Assembly: GCA_977030845.1 (NCBI GenBank)
Contig: OZ365115.1
Coordinates: forward strand, 31,186,001-31,250,000
Length of the DNA stretch: 64,000 nucleotides
Source: Fimbriosthenelais zetlandica
Taxonomy: Eukaryota
Direction of reading: 5' to 3'
Both the position numbers and the translations under genes were made by a program. The notes beneath the pieces were generated by a model that saw nothing but the letters and a program-made list of their open reading frames with translations, searched no databases and was not told the origin of the DNA. Below, one piece after another: positions 12,566 to 24,874 of this stretch. The first letter of the stretch is position 1. The number at the start of each line of letters is the position of its first letter.

Positions 12566-14271
12566 ACATCTGGATCATGACTCAGCAGAATCTTCCAGTT
12601 TCTTTCTGCCACACTCGACAGATTCAAGATGGATCCAGGGTTGAAAACAGTGATTCTCTTCATGGTTTGCTACGTTCAACTTCTTAAAATTTTGGTGAAA
12701 TATGATTTAGGTAATCGCCTATACACTACAATATTCAATGTCATCATACTTGTCAGTATAGCTAGACAATTCGTGAGTAATTGAATATTGTAATGTATAA
12801 ATGTCCTAAAGAGAAATTTTCAGTCGTCTGTATAAACTTTGATCTTCAAAATGTAATGAATTTTCCAAAAACTTTTGGTGTTACAATGCGTGCAGCAATA
12901 GTGTGAAAATCCTTTCTTGCCAATTCAATTCCAGCTTTACTAATTTTCTCAGAATATCTATGGCAGTACTAAACAGATCTTTCAAGTTAACTTCCCTCTT
13001 TCTTTTTCATAAATAAAGGTTAGTCGAACTAAGAGAAGAAAGCTGGATGGTTTTTAGTATGAACATTTTTTTGTAAACTTTTTCCTCTAATTGCATAAAA
13101 GCATAAAAAGTCTAGAAATAAATAACCGACTGAAGCTTGAATATAATATTGAGAAACGTTGAACAATTGAAAAAAATAATACAAAAGTAATTACAAGTAT
13201 AAAATTGACCCATGCACGATGCCTGCTTCCAAACTTTTTTCATCAAGAACACGTGGGACCCAGTTTTGCCCGGGGATCCCTGGGGTTAATTTCAATCTAT
13301 TAAAAACATCCTTCAATTTCTCATCTCTCACACCCATTTTTCACTCCCAATTTATTTAGGAACATCTAATTTGAGGGGTTCTTCAGGTTCGGAAGGGCCA
13401 AGTGTCTAGATATTTAAAGCAAAGTTACCCCAGGAACCCGTCCATGGCCAGAAAGGGTCTTAACCACTGTGTCCAGCTAAAGGTTTCAGTTTCACTTTTT
13501 TCCACAATAAATGTACAAAATATGCAGGCGTCCCGAAAAGCCATAAGTGGCACTCTGTTTTGTTTGTAATTCAAGGCCACGCAAAATTATATACCGACCC
13601 CCAAAGGAACAGAAGTGATCATGGATTTTCTTTCTCTCTGAAATGTCAATGAAAGGATGGGGCTACAATGGAAAGATGAATGAAACATATGCAGTCTACC
13701 CATATATATAATATGAATCAAGGTCCAATTTCTGTGCAAAAAATGCAAATGATATTTTTGACATAGAATGATGTCACGTAACGCAGTATCCATTTGCAAT
13801 ATGGCCCAAAATGAACTTTTCGATGGAAGTTTTTCGGGAAGCCTGTTTAGGAGATATACATATTATGTTTCCTCTTAGTTTGTCCTAAAGTCACTCCAGA
13901 TTGACGGAGAATCGATCAAAAGCCAGCTCACCTTTGATCAGAATATTAAACCCATCATTTTTAAGATAATTTTTCCATTTAATAATACTGTCACTTTTTT
14001 TTTACACAAACCCCTGAGGTATGGTAAAAGGCTTATCTAGTGTGGCAATCCTAAGTCTATGGGAACTCGGGAAAACAATGGAATCTTTTGGAAAACAATG
14101 AAAACTTGAAACAGCTGATGTTAGAAGCTGTGATGGTACGGATCTTGGCAGATAGATGTCTGATGTTACTGACAAAATGTTCATCTCGATGATACTAGTC
14201 CCCACAGGTTTCACATGCCACATCTAAGTCAACCCTTCCCTCCTCAACTTCCTCCTCGCCCGGTAACATAC

Positions 14272-14304
14272 CTTTAACCAAAAGACAGTGCTTGGACCAG
14301 TTTT
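14272..14304 (-). CDS. Candidate 33-nt microexon KTGPSTVFWLK (phase 0-0)
   Basis: Tandem NAGNAG acceptor tttcaatagtag and strong donor AAG|gtatgt. The donor could instead serve a 3'UTR intron of the 14427 terminal form. Confidence 0.3.
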
Positions 14305-14426
14305 CTACTATTGAAACCAAATCAAATCAAAAATGAAGGGAGTCCATCTGGAATGACTTTGAGAACAGCACACATTGCTTTACATAACTGAGAAAAAAGC
14401 TGTATTTTTTGGGTCAGTTAAGGTCT

Positions 14427-14696
14427 TTATGTGAAGACAAGAGTCGCAGAGGACTTTACACTCTGCGACTTAGGAGCAGGTTGTGGAGCGACCTTTCTTC
14501 TTTCGGTTCTTTGTGCACGCTTCTCAGTTTTCTGGGGGGTGCCCTGCGACAGAGAAATGGTTTCAGATGTATCGAAAGATGCTGAAGCATCTACATCATT
14601 TGCTGGTGGTTCCGAGAGCGTGATACTTTGGTAAGACTGCGTTGTTTCCCCATGAGGGGGTGGGGAGTAATCACGTGGGGGAGTGAATCTAATAGG
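14427..14696 (-). CDS. Pro/Ser-rich exon: terminal to TAA 14427, or internal via donor at 14460
   Basis: Strong acceptor gtttaatttttacag; 89 open codons PIRFTPPRDYSPPPHGETTQSYQSITLSEPPANDVDASASFDTSETISLSQGTPQKTEKRAQRTERRKVAPQPAPKSQSVKSSATLVFT*. Weak phase-0 donor AGT|gtaaag. Not in the ORF track. Confidence 0.7.
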   Translation of the reverse strand, partial: PIRFTPPRDYSPPPHGETTQSYQSITLSEPPANDVDASASFDTSETISLSQGTPQKTEKRAQRTERRKVAPQPAPKSQSVKSSATLVFT

Positions 14697-17660
14697 CTGT
14701 AAAAATTAAACAAAGACAACTTTTATTATCATCAGTTCAATGAAATAACCAACACCAAACGCAGGTATAAACAAGTTTGTGTAATCATTTTATTTGAATC
14801 ATGAAAAATGGATACTCGCTATTATCCACATTATTTAGAAGATTATTTCACATGGCGACAATTTGAAATAAAATTGGTATCATAAGAAAAAAATCAAAAA
14901 ACTTACAAGAAGGGTTACAATAAATGAAGCAAAAATCGTGAAATGACAGAAACGCTACATAGAACGGTACACATAAATCATTACGAATAAATAATGAAAA
15001 AAGAGCCATCGGACGCAAACGGTAGGAAGAAATGCATTACATGGCTAGTACATACCCAGGTATACTAGTACTCTATGTCCCCTTATGTTCAAGGTAAACT
15101 TCCATAGGAAAGCCTCAGTGAACAGAAGCGGGTACAGAGTATAGGTTAATGGTACCACAAGATATATGCCCTATACATCATCCCCTATAAACGGCTCCAG
15201 CCGTATCCAGGTGAATTACCTCAATCTCTTCAATTGTGACTCAAGTTTGGTCCGATCAATAAACAAAGCCTCCACTGAAAGCTTTGCTTTAGCTTCTTTG
15301 ATAATAGAGCTCAAAAGTGGCATAAATAGCCAGCGTGGGACAAGATGTTTAAGGTGTGGCGGGTGCTTGATAGTTTATAACTGCTGCGTGCACAAGCGTA
15401 GGCAAATAGGCTATACATTTTGCAATTACATTTGGTAACATTGCATGGTTTTCGGGTCAAAATGACAACTTTAGGGTCACCAAAATGACAATGTTGATTG
15501 CAACATTTCACTTAAATTCAGTTTGGATTCTGTGCAAGGTGCAAGGACTATGGCAATAGATACATTGGTCTAATACTTTTGCATTAAAGCATTTCCAAAA
15601 CAATCCGATGTTTTATATCTGATAATGATCTGATAATAACCTAATCTCTCTTCTATAGGTATTCCGGGTCACACTATCACAGTCCTCTCTGGACGAAATT
15701 ACCAACGATTCTACCGTTTTGAATATTGTATGCTCTTCCAACTTTGACTTGAAAAAGTTCAAATTTTCAATAGTGTGTGGGCCCTAATCAGGCTCCCATC
15801 GGAATTTTTTAAAACATAGATTTATAATTTTGTTCAGATATCAGTACTTCAGTAAGCATACAATCTCCAAAACGATGGAACCCTCCTCTACATCACCCAA
15901 TAAATCAATATAGAATGACATGTATACCCATTAAAATCAAAGCTACTCAAGCATCAGTTGGGGCCCTCCAATACTAAAATTAATAACATTCTAATTGATA
16001 TATTTGCAATGGTTAGGTTATTTCGGAATAAATAGCAAGGGGTATCTCAGGCATCCTAAGGAGATAGCAAAGCAATTAAACATAGATATGAATTAAATAG
16101 AATTTCGGATTATCCAAGCTCCTAGTCATTTGTTAGATTGTTTAGATCATGATCCAAAGAATACTAGTTCAACAATGCTAAATAGTAATTCATCTATTTA
16201 AGCAGCCAAATACTTGTAATTTTTCAGAAATTTTGAATATTAAGATAGAACATTACAATAGAGATCAGCGGAATTTCAAAACGATGTCAATACTGGTAGA
16301 TTAGAAGCGAGATGTCTGAAAAGTTGTAACATTAATATTTAACAATAGAATTACAATAAATATTTTGAGATCTACCACAGCAGATTACCGCTTTCAGGGC
16401 ACATACACGTGATCATCAAATAGAAATTTTTAAATCACTTGATTATTTTGGGAGTAAATAAGTTCCATTTACATATATAATTTCAATTTTCTGTTCAAAA
16501 TCATAATTACTGACAAAATTCCTGAAGTTTCATTATCGAATATCTGGATATCATTCTTACACTTCAAATGTCGCTTTAAATAATATACAAATTGTCAGCC
16601 TATGGTCTAAAATAGATATAATGTGAGACAATTCTAAAAATGAAGCTAAAGCACGATAACACCAACTGATTCAGTTCATCCATTTGATACTGACACTATA
16701 ATAGAAGTTCCAGTCAACAAGGATCGATTGTTGTGAACGTTCTAGTCTTAAGCGTCATTCTGGAAGACCGTTCAATATGGCAGTTACAGTTGGTTAATAT
16801 TTCACATGATATAAATTCATTTTCATTTGTAATGCAGCCAATGATTTTCCACAAAATATTATCCACGCTTTGATTATTATGTCAGAAAATCACCGTTCTT
16901 GTATAGCACAGGTAGTCAAATGTTTGTTTCTCATATTTGCACTTTAAATCCTTCATGTTGAAGTTGCAGCAACAACAGATCTATTTGCTCTGGCCTAGCT
17001 TATGCATTGCCCGCAAAGTCTTGAGCATAATGGCATAAAATAATGGAGCAAATAAAAGTCACAATAAGTCCCATAAATAATAAATAAAAATCACATTAAT
17101 AAAACGGTTGCTAGAAGGCAGCTGGCAAAAGTGGTGCCATAAAAGAAATCAATAATTGCTCAAATAAACGAAAAGGTCATCGCCCCATACATAAATGGTT
17201 CTTCTAAACAGATAATAGTATGAAGAAAGACCATTAACAAATAGACGGCAATACTGACAGCTGAGTGAGCTTAGGCTGCACAGAACGGTACATAATCCCA
17301 TTCATATCTACACTTCTAGACTAATTTGTCAGATGCATGGCACAATGATCAGATTTGATCGTTTCTGCAACTTAGTTACTTCTCTTCCTTTGTTATTAAA
17401 GCCAAATTTTACATTTGCTAACAAAACAAGAAGGAGCGGATGGGTTGTAAACCAGGATGGGATATCAGTCCATTTTTTACTTTTTGCGCTTCATGTTCCT
17501 GTATCCCCATCAATATTATCATTCTACCAAATCTGATTGCTTAATTATTGGCCATGCTGACAGGTGCACCATAGCAGCTAGAAGAGATGCTCTGTGATAC
17601 AACAGACCAGACATCTAGCAGATCTTCTCAATGACTCATTTCAGCTTGATCAGTAGCCTT

Positions 17661-19532
17661 CTATCTGAACAATGACACCTTTGGCTTATTGCCAGGTGTA
17701 TTCATCTTATTGCCAGGAGTATTCATTTTCCCTGCTGGCTGTGCCTTCTTCTTACGAATATTCATCCTTCTAGATTCTTTTTCTTTCTGTTCTTCTGCCT
17801 GTTTCTTTTTTAATTCAGCTTCTTCCCTTTCCCTCTTTTCTATATCTGCCCTTTCCAGTTTAGACTTCCTTTCTCTCTCAAACTTTTGCTTAGGGGTTTC
17901 ATTGGGATTGTAATGCACATCTTTCTCCGCCGCGCGGATGGCACGTTTCAGTTCACCTCCACCTTTGCGTACCTCAGGTATATATCTGCGTTTTTCCTGT
18001 AGTTCTCTCTCAAGTTGTTCCTCCCGGGTCAGCCACATGGTTTTCAATTGCCTGGACATGTTGGAGGGAATAAGCTCTTCCTGGGCCTCATCTGGAGCAA
18101 TATCAGCCTCACGGATGACGCCTTCACGGTACTCTGGCTCATTCTCATACACCCCACCATTACCCTGGCTTTCAATTTCTTTGATCCATGTTGGGACATC
18201 TCCTTGGAAGTCCATTGTGGTTCTGATCTTCTGGTGATCCTCTTCATGTTTGCGCCATCTCTGGTGAAGGTTGCGAGCAGCTCCCTCTTCCACACGCACC
18301 TCACACTGATCTGGTGTGAATTCATCACAGCGGATTATATCTGCACTGCGTTCAGCAGGCGTGTTCTCCACCACGCCAGCTTCACTCGCCATTTCAATCT
18401 CGATCATGCCCTTACGCTGACCGTCATCACCCCTAGAGGGACTGACGAACCTACCGGCAATGCTCTTGATTCTTCCGGGAGCACCTGGAAGCATTACGTC
18501 CTCCGTTGGTGCATCACAACGGATGACGTCATCCAGAATGACCGGCTCATTCTCAAGCACACCTGCCTCTGGTGCAAGATCCATTTGGAACGGCCCCTTT
18601 CTTGGTCCGTCATCTTTCATGTTCTGCCATCGGCTGGCAAGGTTGCGGGTGCGGCCCTGTTCAAGTGCCAGTTGAGCATCCACATCTTGCACATCCGACT
18701 CACGCACAACATCTTCCCTGGTGGTGGGTTCACTCTCAAGCACGGTAACGTTGCTACGATCAATGACAATAGGAGCTTTTTCTTTCCTAGTGTCGTCTGA
18801 TACTCCAGCAAAGAAACCTGCCACGTTGCGAATGTATCCTGGTTCATAACTCATCTGCTCCTCCTCGAAGTCTGACCTGACCACATCTGGCCTTGGTGCA
18901 GTAGGTGCGTTCTCGTAGACGACTGGTTCATTTTCATTCTCTACTAGTTTGATTGGACCTCTCTCTAGTTTCTTCTCCTCTGGATACAGGAACTTGAAGC
19001 GCAGTTTATCAGTGTGACCATCTTCTGGAGCCCGGACTTCTTCCATGACATCCTGCTCACGGATGACATTGTCAAGACGAATGGGCTGGTTCTCAGACTC
19101 AGCTGGACCACTCTGGCTGGTATCGATCTTGATTGTAGACATCTTGGCTTCTGTTATTCTACCAGCTGTGATGTCCTTCCAAGCATGTACAATGTTCTTT
19201 GTGGTGCCCTCTTCTAGAACCTCGCCAGTAGTAACCTCATCTGACTCACGTACAACATTGTCTCTCTGGGTGGGCTCGTTTTCATACACTCCAGCTTCTG
19301 GGGCGTCGTCGCGGATGATCTCGATCTTATTTGGTCTCTTCTGTAGATCTGGTAGTTGACCTGTCTCGAAAAGCTGTCTCATAGACGACGCAACTTTAGG
19401 GGCCTGAAGTTTCTCTACAATTACTTTGTTGATAGGTGTCCCCACAGGAACTCCGTAGCGGTTTACGGGTCCACGTGGGGCATATTCCCCTTGTAGGTGG
19501 GTGTAATCAGAACCAACTTGGAAGTATTCAGC
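17661..19532 (-). CDS. Large repeat-encoding composite exon (internal to 17973, or terminal to TAG 17661)
   Basis: 627-aa ORF whose real start is the acceptor cttgtcttttcag|GCT at 19532 (phase 0). In-frame donor GAG|gtacgc at 17973 gives 1560 nt = 520 codons. Read-through adds a 103-aa K/E/R-rich tail. Confidence 0.92.
   Translation of the reverse strand, partial: AEYFQVGSDYTHLQGEYAPRGPVNRYGVPVGTPINKVIVEKLQAPKVASSMRQLFETGQLPDLQKRPNKIEIIRDDAPEAGVYENEPTQRDNVVRESDEVTTGEVLEEGTTKNIVHAWKDITAGRITEAKMSTIKIDTSQSGPAESENQPIRLDNVIREQDVMEEVRAPEDGHTDKLRFKFLYPEEKKLERGPIKLVENENEPVVYENAPTAPRPDVVRSDFEEEQMSYEPGYIRNVAGFFAGVSDDTRKEKAPIVIDRSNVTVLESEPTTREDVVRESDVQDVDAQLALEQGRTRNLASRWQNMKDDGPRKGPFQMDLAPEAGVLENEPVILDDVIRCDAPTEDVMLPGAPGRIKSIAGRFVSPSRGDDGQRKGMIEIEMASEAGVVENTPAERSADIIRCDEFTPDQCEVRVEEGAARNLHQRWRKHEEDHQKIRTTMDFQGDVPTWIKEIESQGNGGVYENEPEYREGVIREADIAPDEAQEELIPSNMSRQLKTMWLTREEQLERELQEKRRYIPEVRKGGGELKRAIRAAEKDVHYNPNETPKQKFERERKSKLERADIEKREREEAELKKKQAEEQKEKESRRMNIRKKKAQPAGKMNTPGNKMNTPGNKPKVSLFR
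17685..17726 (-). repeat. 21-nt in-frame tandem duplication (MNTPGNK x2)
   Basis: cttattgccaggtgtattcat / cttattgccaggagtattcat, one mismatch. Confidence 0.9.
18033..19295 (-). repeat. Seven degenerate ~60-aa protein repeats
   Basis: E(N/S)xP motif at ORF residues 88, 151, 211, 270, 331, 393, 467, each followed by (R)x(D/N/G)(V/I)(V/I)R(E/C/S)xD and a G-x2-(R/K)(N/S)(L/I/V)-x2-(R/A/F)(W/F) element. Confidence 0.88.
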
Positions 19533-20647
19533 CTGAAAAGACAAGAAAATTCACACATAAGTCTTTGAATAAATTGCAATAATATATTATGTAAATATCT
19601 ATAATTTATTTCCAAACTTATATTTAATAAGACAACCAAACAATAGAATAAGAATTAAAAGTATAAACCTATTAATTAAAAGAGGCAGCCTGGTATTAAA
19701 GACTTCAGACACTCGATCAAAAGTTTATATTAACAGTTCAATTGTTCAGGTATAATTCTTTAATATCACACCCACAGCCGAATGTTTATTTAGGGGGCTA
19801 CAATAATCAAGGATCATTTGTATGTTACTGACATTGATAAGCATCTGTAGAGCTGCTCAAAATTAAATTTACTCAGCCTTAAAGCATGATAGAATTTGGC
19901 CTACTTAATGAGAGTGGGTCAGAGCCATTACTCAAATCCTGAATGGTATAATTGATCATGCCTCATCCTCATTACCCCCTCCCTCCCCCACCACCCCGAC
20001 CCCTATCCTTTGCTGAGTGGAGAGAACAATATGGGAGACAAGCACTGGCATAGACTTTTGGCAAAAACATTAGCTCTTGACCCTTAAATTCACTAGGTTA
20101 CAAGTAGTGAGTGAATCAGTGATGCTTTCATTTCCAGCTGGCCTCAACTGCCTACAATATACCAGCACAAACCGCCTCAAACCGGAGTACTTATATGTGG
20201 ATGTGTAACTAAAAACTTCCAGGAGGCTGGCTATTTTTAGAGTATCTGCGTTGCACAGGAGGAGCGAGGTAGAACTGGTCCGGGGAAGAGCTACTCACAG
20301 ATGGTGGTGGGGAAATGGGAGAACACGCCAGCTACGACCAAGAGCTAGGGAAATTTCTAAGTTTCCCTGGATTTTAATCACGGAAACCTAACACTTGCAT
20401 GGCGATTTCTATTTGAATATTTACTAACTAATGTCTAAGAAGTCCTGGTGGCATATCTGATGTGTATTGGTGCGAGTGAACTGATTTTAATTGGTGTGAT
20501 AGCTAAGTTAAGAAGTGCGTCTGAAGTCTTTGGTACCGGCATGGCTTTGGTAGCCATGCCTCCTCATTCATTCCCACTTTAGAAATCATTCCAAATCAGT
20601 GTTGATTCTAGAGAAAATGGTGGAAAATAGTGAAGATAAACACTTAC

Positions 20648-20672
20648 CGGGTTATATTCTCTTGCTTCGCCG
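20648..20672 (-). CDS. 25-nt microexon (S)GEAREYNP
   Basis: Acceptor ttgtcttttctacag, donor CCG|gtaagt, phase 2 to 0; exactly joins exon 22568 to exon 19532. Confidence 0.82.
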
Positions 20673-20807
20673 CTGTAGAAAAGACAATAATGATTGAATA
20701 TCAAGAGATTGAGATTGTTTGCGAGTCAAGTGGGGGAATGAGTAGTCTATGCTGGTGTTATAGAGTGAGTGAGACTGAGTGACTGCTGGAGGGAGCTGCT
20801 GAGAGGG

Positions 20808-20831
20808 GGAGGAGGAGGAGGAGGAGGAGGA
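20808..20831 (+). repeat. (GGA)8 microsatellite
   Basis: Direct reading of the sequence. Confidence 0.9.
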
Positions 20832-22124
20832 AGGAGGAGCAAGCTCAGGGCCTGCTACTGCCTGTTGGCTCGAGTTGGAGCAACTCAGCTTGACCTAGAT
20901 AGACTGGAGGTGCTCACTCCGGAGGTACTGCTTCTTCTAGCAGTGAGAGGGAGATCGCCTAGGGTTAGAGCAGTTGATGCACAACAAGCATGAACCGCGG
21001 GAGGCTGGAAGCCCGACTAGTCTTGGCATGCCTGCTTTGAATCACTCAGCTATGTACAGTGGAGGGGATCGCAATGAGCAAATGAGCAACTCAAATGCCT
21101 GCCACCGATGGGAGGGGGCAAGGCTGAGGAAGGAAGTATGAGGTGGAAGAACTCGAGTGTTTAGATTCGCCCTTTTAGTTTGGATCCCATCTACTTCCAA
21201 CTCCTGCCCACCTTCAGAAGTTCACCCCATACCCCCACCCACCCACCCTTCAACCTACTCACTTTTCCTGCCCTCCTCATAACAAATGATTCCCCCTGTA
21301 ACTCCAGACTGACTTGATACCTGACACGTGGGAGATGAAAAGCGAGATCCAACCCATGAGGTCCAGCTCATTCCCTCCCACCCGCCATTCATGGCCTAAA
21401 AACTCCACTCTAACTCATACAAAGTTACTAAGCTACCCATACCCACCTACCCATAGCTATAAAACAAAAGTAATATTCAAAATTCTTTGGTCCTAAGCCA
21501 AAGGAACTCTGGCAACAGCGGCTTATCTGAGAAGCTTCTAGATCTAGGACCTTCTAGAACTTCTGATCCCTTCACTAAAGATGCTCTGGATCTTGGGTTT
21601 AAATTACCAGGTGGGAGGTTAAACTTTTGCTTATAGCAGACAAGTCCCCACGTATTTGCAAGTAAACAAGCCATTGTCAAGCATCTATTGCGATGAGGAG
21701 CATGGGATGGTCAATAATAACCTTGTTATTGTTCACAAGGAGGTGTTTATAGGCCTGAATGCCAAGGTTATGCTGACAAATATAACAGATGAGGAGTGGT
21801 GCCAGGCAATGGGGTGAAATGGAGGGGAAATTCAAGGTGGTACCAGTATGTGGGCAAGCTTTGAACTGGAGTAAACAGGCTTCTGCTAGAATAAGAATGC
21901 TCAAGACATCCCTCAGAATTTTACCCTAGAATTTTTATTATTTGAAATATAAAAAATAACATCCTAAGACCTTAGGGATGGGAAGGAGGAATATTCTGGA
22001 TATTTTCTGCATTAAATTACACAACGATTTCCCAGTATGAAGTTTCCCTATCCTCGAAAATAAATTGTTTACCTGAGTCAAGCTAGTAGGGATTGGGGGG
22101 TGGGTGGGTGTAGGTGGGAGACTC

Positions 22125-22175
22125 TGTGGGTGGTGTGGGTGGTGTGGGTGGTGTGGGTGGTGTGGGTGGTGTGGG
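22125..22175 (+). repeat. (TGTGGGTGG)5.7 tandem repeat
   Basis: Five perfect 9-mers plus a partial unit; source of the VVW-repeat ORF. Confidence 0.92.
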
Positions 22176-22567
22176 GTATGAGGGATGGTGGGTGGTGGGA
22201 GAGGTGTGGTGGAACGTCTCAGGTATGTCAGAGCGTTGATCTGACCCCCAGCCTTGGGTCACAGACAGCAGCGGGAATGTAATGTTTACACTAGCTTCTC
22301 AAGACTAATGCTTACATTGGGACCTTTCCAATGCTCACATCCAAGTCAGTCTCACTCAATTAGGGCAATTTAATGATATACTCAATTATTTACTCTTCGT
22401 TAGACGATTACATATTGTTACAGACCAACCATTTAATTATATACAGCAAAAATCAAGATCAGGATGGTGAATATCTTCTAAGGGGTCAAAGTACTACTGT
22501 TGAATGTAAAACAAGTTCCAAAAATGTGTAATTAAGGAAAGAAAAATATCAATTTAAGGGAACTTAC

Positions 22568-22640
22568 GAGTGGGTCTTGGTGACGGTGGTCACCTGCCTC
22601 CCACCCTCGTCAATTTGCGTCGTCATGATTTGAGTCGTCC
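22568..22640 (-). CDS. 73-nt Thr-rich exon (G)TTQIMTTQIDEGGRQVTTVTKTH(S)
   Basis: Acceptor catgttgcttttcag, donor CTC|gtaagt, phase 1 to 2. Confidence 0.85.
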
Positions 22641-24831
22641 CTGAAAAGCAACATGTCAAGAGAAATGTTAATATCTTTAATTCCCGTACCCCTCCTAACT
22701 CCTGTAGAAGTTCGGCTCCGGAGAAGGAGGATTTGTTAAAATGGTGTCAGTAAACTTTTATCTTTAGAAAAGGTTATGGCCCAAAGACCTTGGAAATTAA
22801 ATAAATTTGAAGGAAAAAACAGAATAAGATGGTTGAAGGGAGTGATGTCTCATTCCATTCAGAGTAAGTCTTGACAGTCCATATAGAAACATATGAATAT
22901 GGAATAAACATGCATTACATATTCGTTTCAATATGAGTATCATCTTGAAATTTATGGCTTTTGGAATTATAATCAATTACGTTTCCTTGAATTCATCAAT
23001 TCAACTGAATTTTGAAATTTGAAAAAATGAATTATATAAAATGAATTTTGTTTATGCCTTCAACCAATCAATTCTGTTAAAATTAAAATAGATGCCGACC
23101 ATTTTCAGGGTTCTGCGCATTCCTCGTCTTGACTACAGCTGTAGATTGCTCCCTCAAAAAGAAACAAAGACACGCGATACGGCGCCATGCTTCTGCCCTG
23201 TGCACAACAGAAACATGAGAAAAAATCCATACGATGCATTCAAGTGTAAATTCTTGTCTGTCTCCTATGCCATTGATTGTGTTTCCCTTTAGGCATTTAA
23301 GCAGAATCCAGTTCCTGTTTGCGAAGATATGTGTTATCATTGTTTCCCTTCCTGTGACAATTGGTTTTTCCTTTTCCATATTTGTTTTCCTTATGTTTGT
23401 TTTCCATTTTGTTTCCTGTTCCATGTGTTTCAATTCCTCCTTGGTTTTAAGCAGTTTAAGTATGGCAATGTCATGAGACAGTTGGTTGGCAATATCATGA
23501 TCATGGGGACTTGTAAGTTAGTGAAGTCCACCCATAAGACAGCATTGTCAACCCCTCACCTAGACATGACCCACCATAACAAGACCTGCTAGTCCAGTCC
23601 CCAACCAACCGTCCAGTCACCCTGCCTCCTCACCAACCACCTCCAGCCATCACAAAATTGACTATCACTAAACCAGAGGAGGGAGATGTGGAGACAGAAT
23701 GACGGACCATTGAGATGATGGCTGAAACGGTGGATGATCCACAAAGCACAGTTCACGACGCAGCTTATCAGTGATAAAAGGAACTATGATATAACACGAG
23801 GGGAAAGGGAACTTAATCTGGGAGGAAACATTTTCACTCATCGACTTACACTTAGAGGATGGGCAAAATTTGAAAATTTCTATTGTTAGTTTTGTATACA
23901 ACACATGGATTGTTGTATTTGAAGATATGAGTAAAAAGAATAACAGGCTAGCCCTGTGAAGATCTGTGAAAATTGCCAAAATTTTGAGGATATAAAGTGT
24001 CACTATTTGGGAAATGGCTGTGATAAAATTATTATCTAGACTATTTCTAAAACGTCTAGTAAAATAGGAAACATGTTAAAGTAACTGGGTGTCCTTTTAT
24101 CACATAATAAGTAATGATACGGTTACGTCGCAGTGACAGCGGTTTAGATGCGCACGATTTTATATTTCAGACACGGTAGATCAGACTTTCCTTCTTAAAA
24201 AGTTATTCAATTAAGAAGTTTGTTTTGTATATTTGTCCTTTTTCGCCAAAGATGAATTTCGTTCAAATGTCCGAGGGTGATTGTCCAGGGAATCAAATAT
24301 TGGTAATCACCCTAATTTTGTTATTATTTTCAACCATTACACTTTCATCAAAGAACCACACTTGGGTTCAAATCAACTCATCATCGAATTTCAAACATGA
24401 TCTATGTTTGAATAAATAAAATCCGGAGTCTTTACAACAATCAAATTAAATCTACACATAAATCATAGTGAAGATTTTCACCCATACCAATGTTGGTCTC
24501 AATAAAGAGAAGACCTTTACAAGAAACTGAAGTGTTTTCACAATATACAGTTTCCTTCCATACTGACCTCCAGAGCATAGAGTAGGGTAAAATCCAAGCA
24601 TCGCTGGTCATGTGAAGTTTTCCCCAAACTTCAGAAGAAACTGCTGAGTTGGCACGTTTAACAACGACACTGATCCATCATTCACTCTCACCTCACACAC
24701 CACACACATACACATTGAACATTGTGTGACAATAATATTATACAGTTTGAATCAGATTTCAACTTAAAGATGATCAAGAAAGAAATCGAAATGAAAAGAA
24801 ATTAAGTGTTTAGAAATAGTTTTGAACTTAC

Positions 24832-24874
24832 CTCCCTCACCAGTGGTAACAACGCGGTCGCCGCCTGTGTGGGT
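24832..24874 (-). CDS. 43-nt exon THTGGDRVVTTGEG(G)
   Basis: Acceptor atttgtttttcag, donor GAG|gtaagt, phase 0 to 1. Confidence 0.85.

Noticed and set aside
17689-19359. Plus-strand ORFs (261, 104, 74 aa, etc.) overlapping the repeat exon
   Set aside because: Antisense shadows of a real coding exon; no independent splice or domain signal.
23234-23592. Hydrophobic ORFs (also 39646-39906) as membrane proteins
   Set aside because: They arise from T-rich low-complexity intronic sequence and have no splice support.
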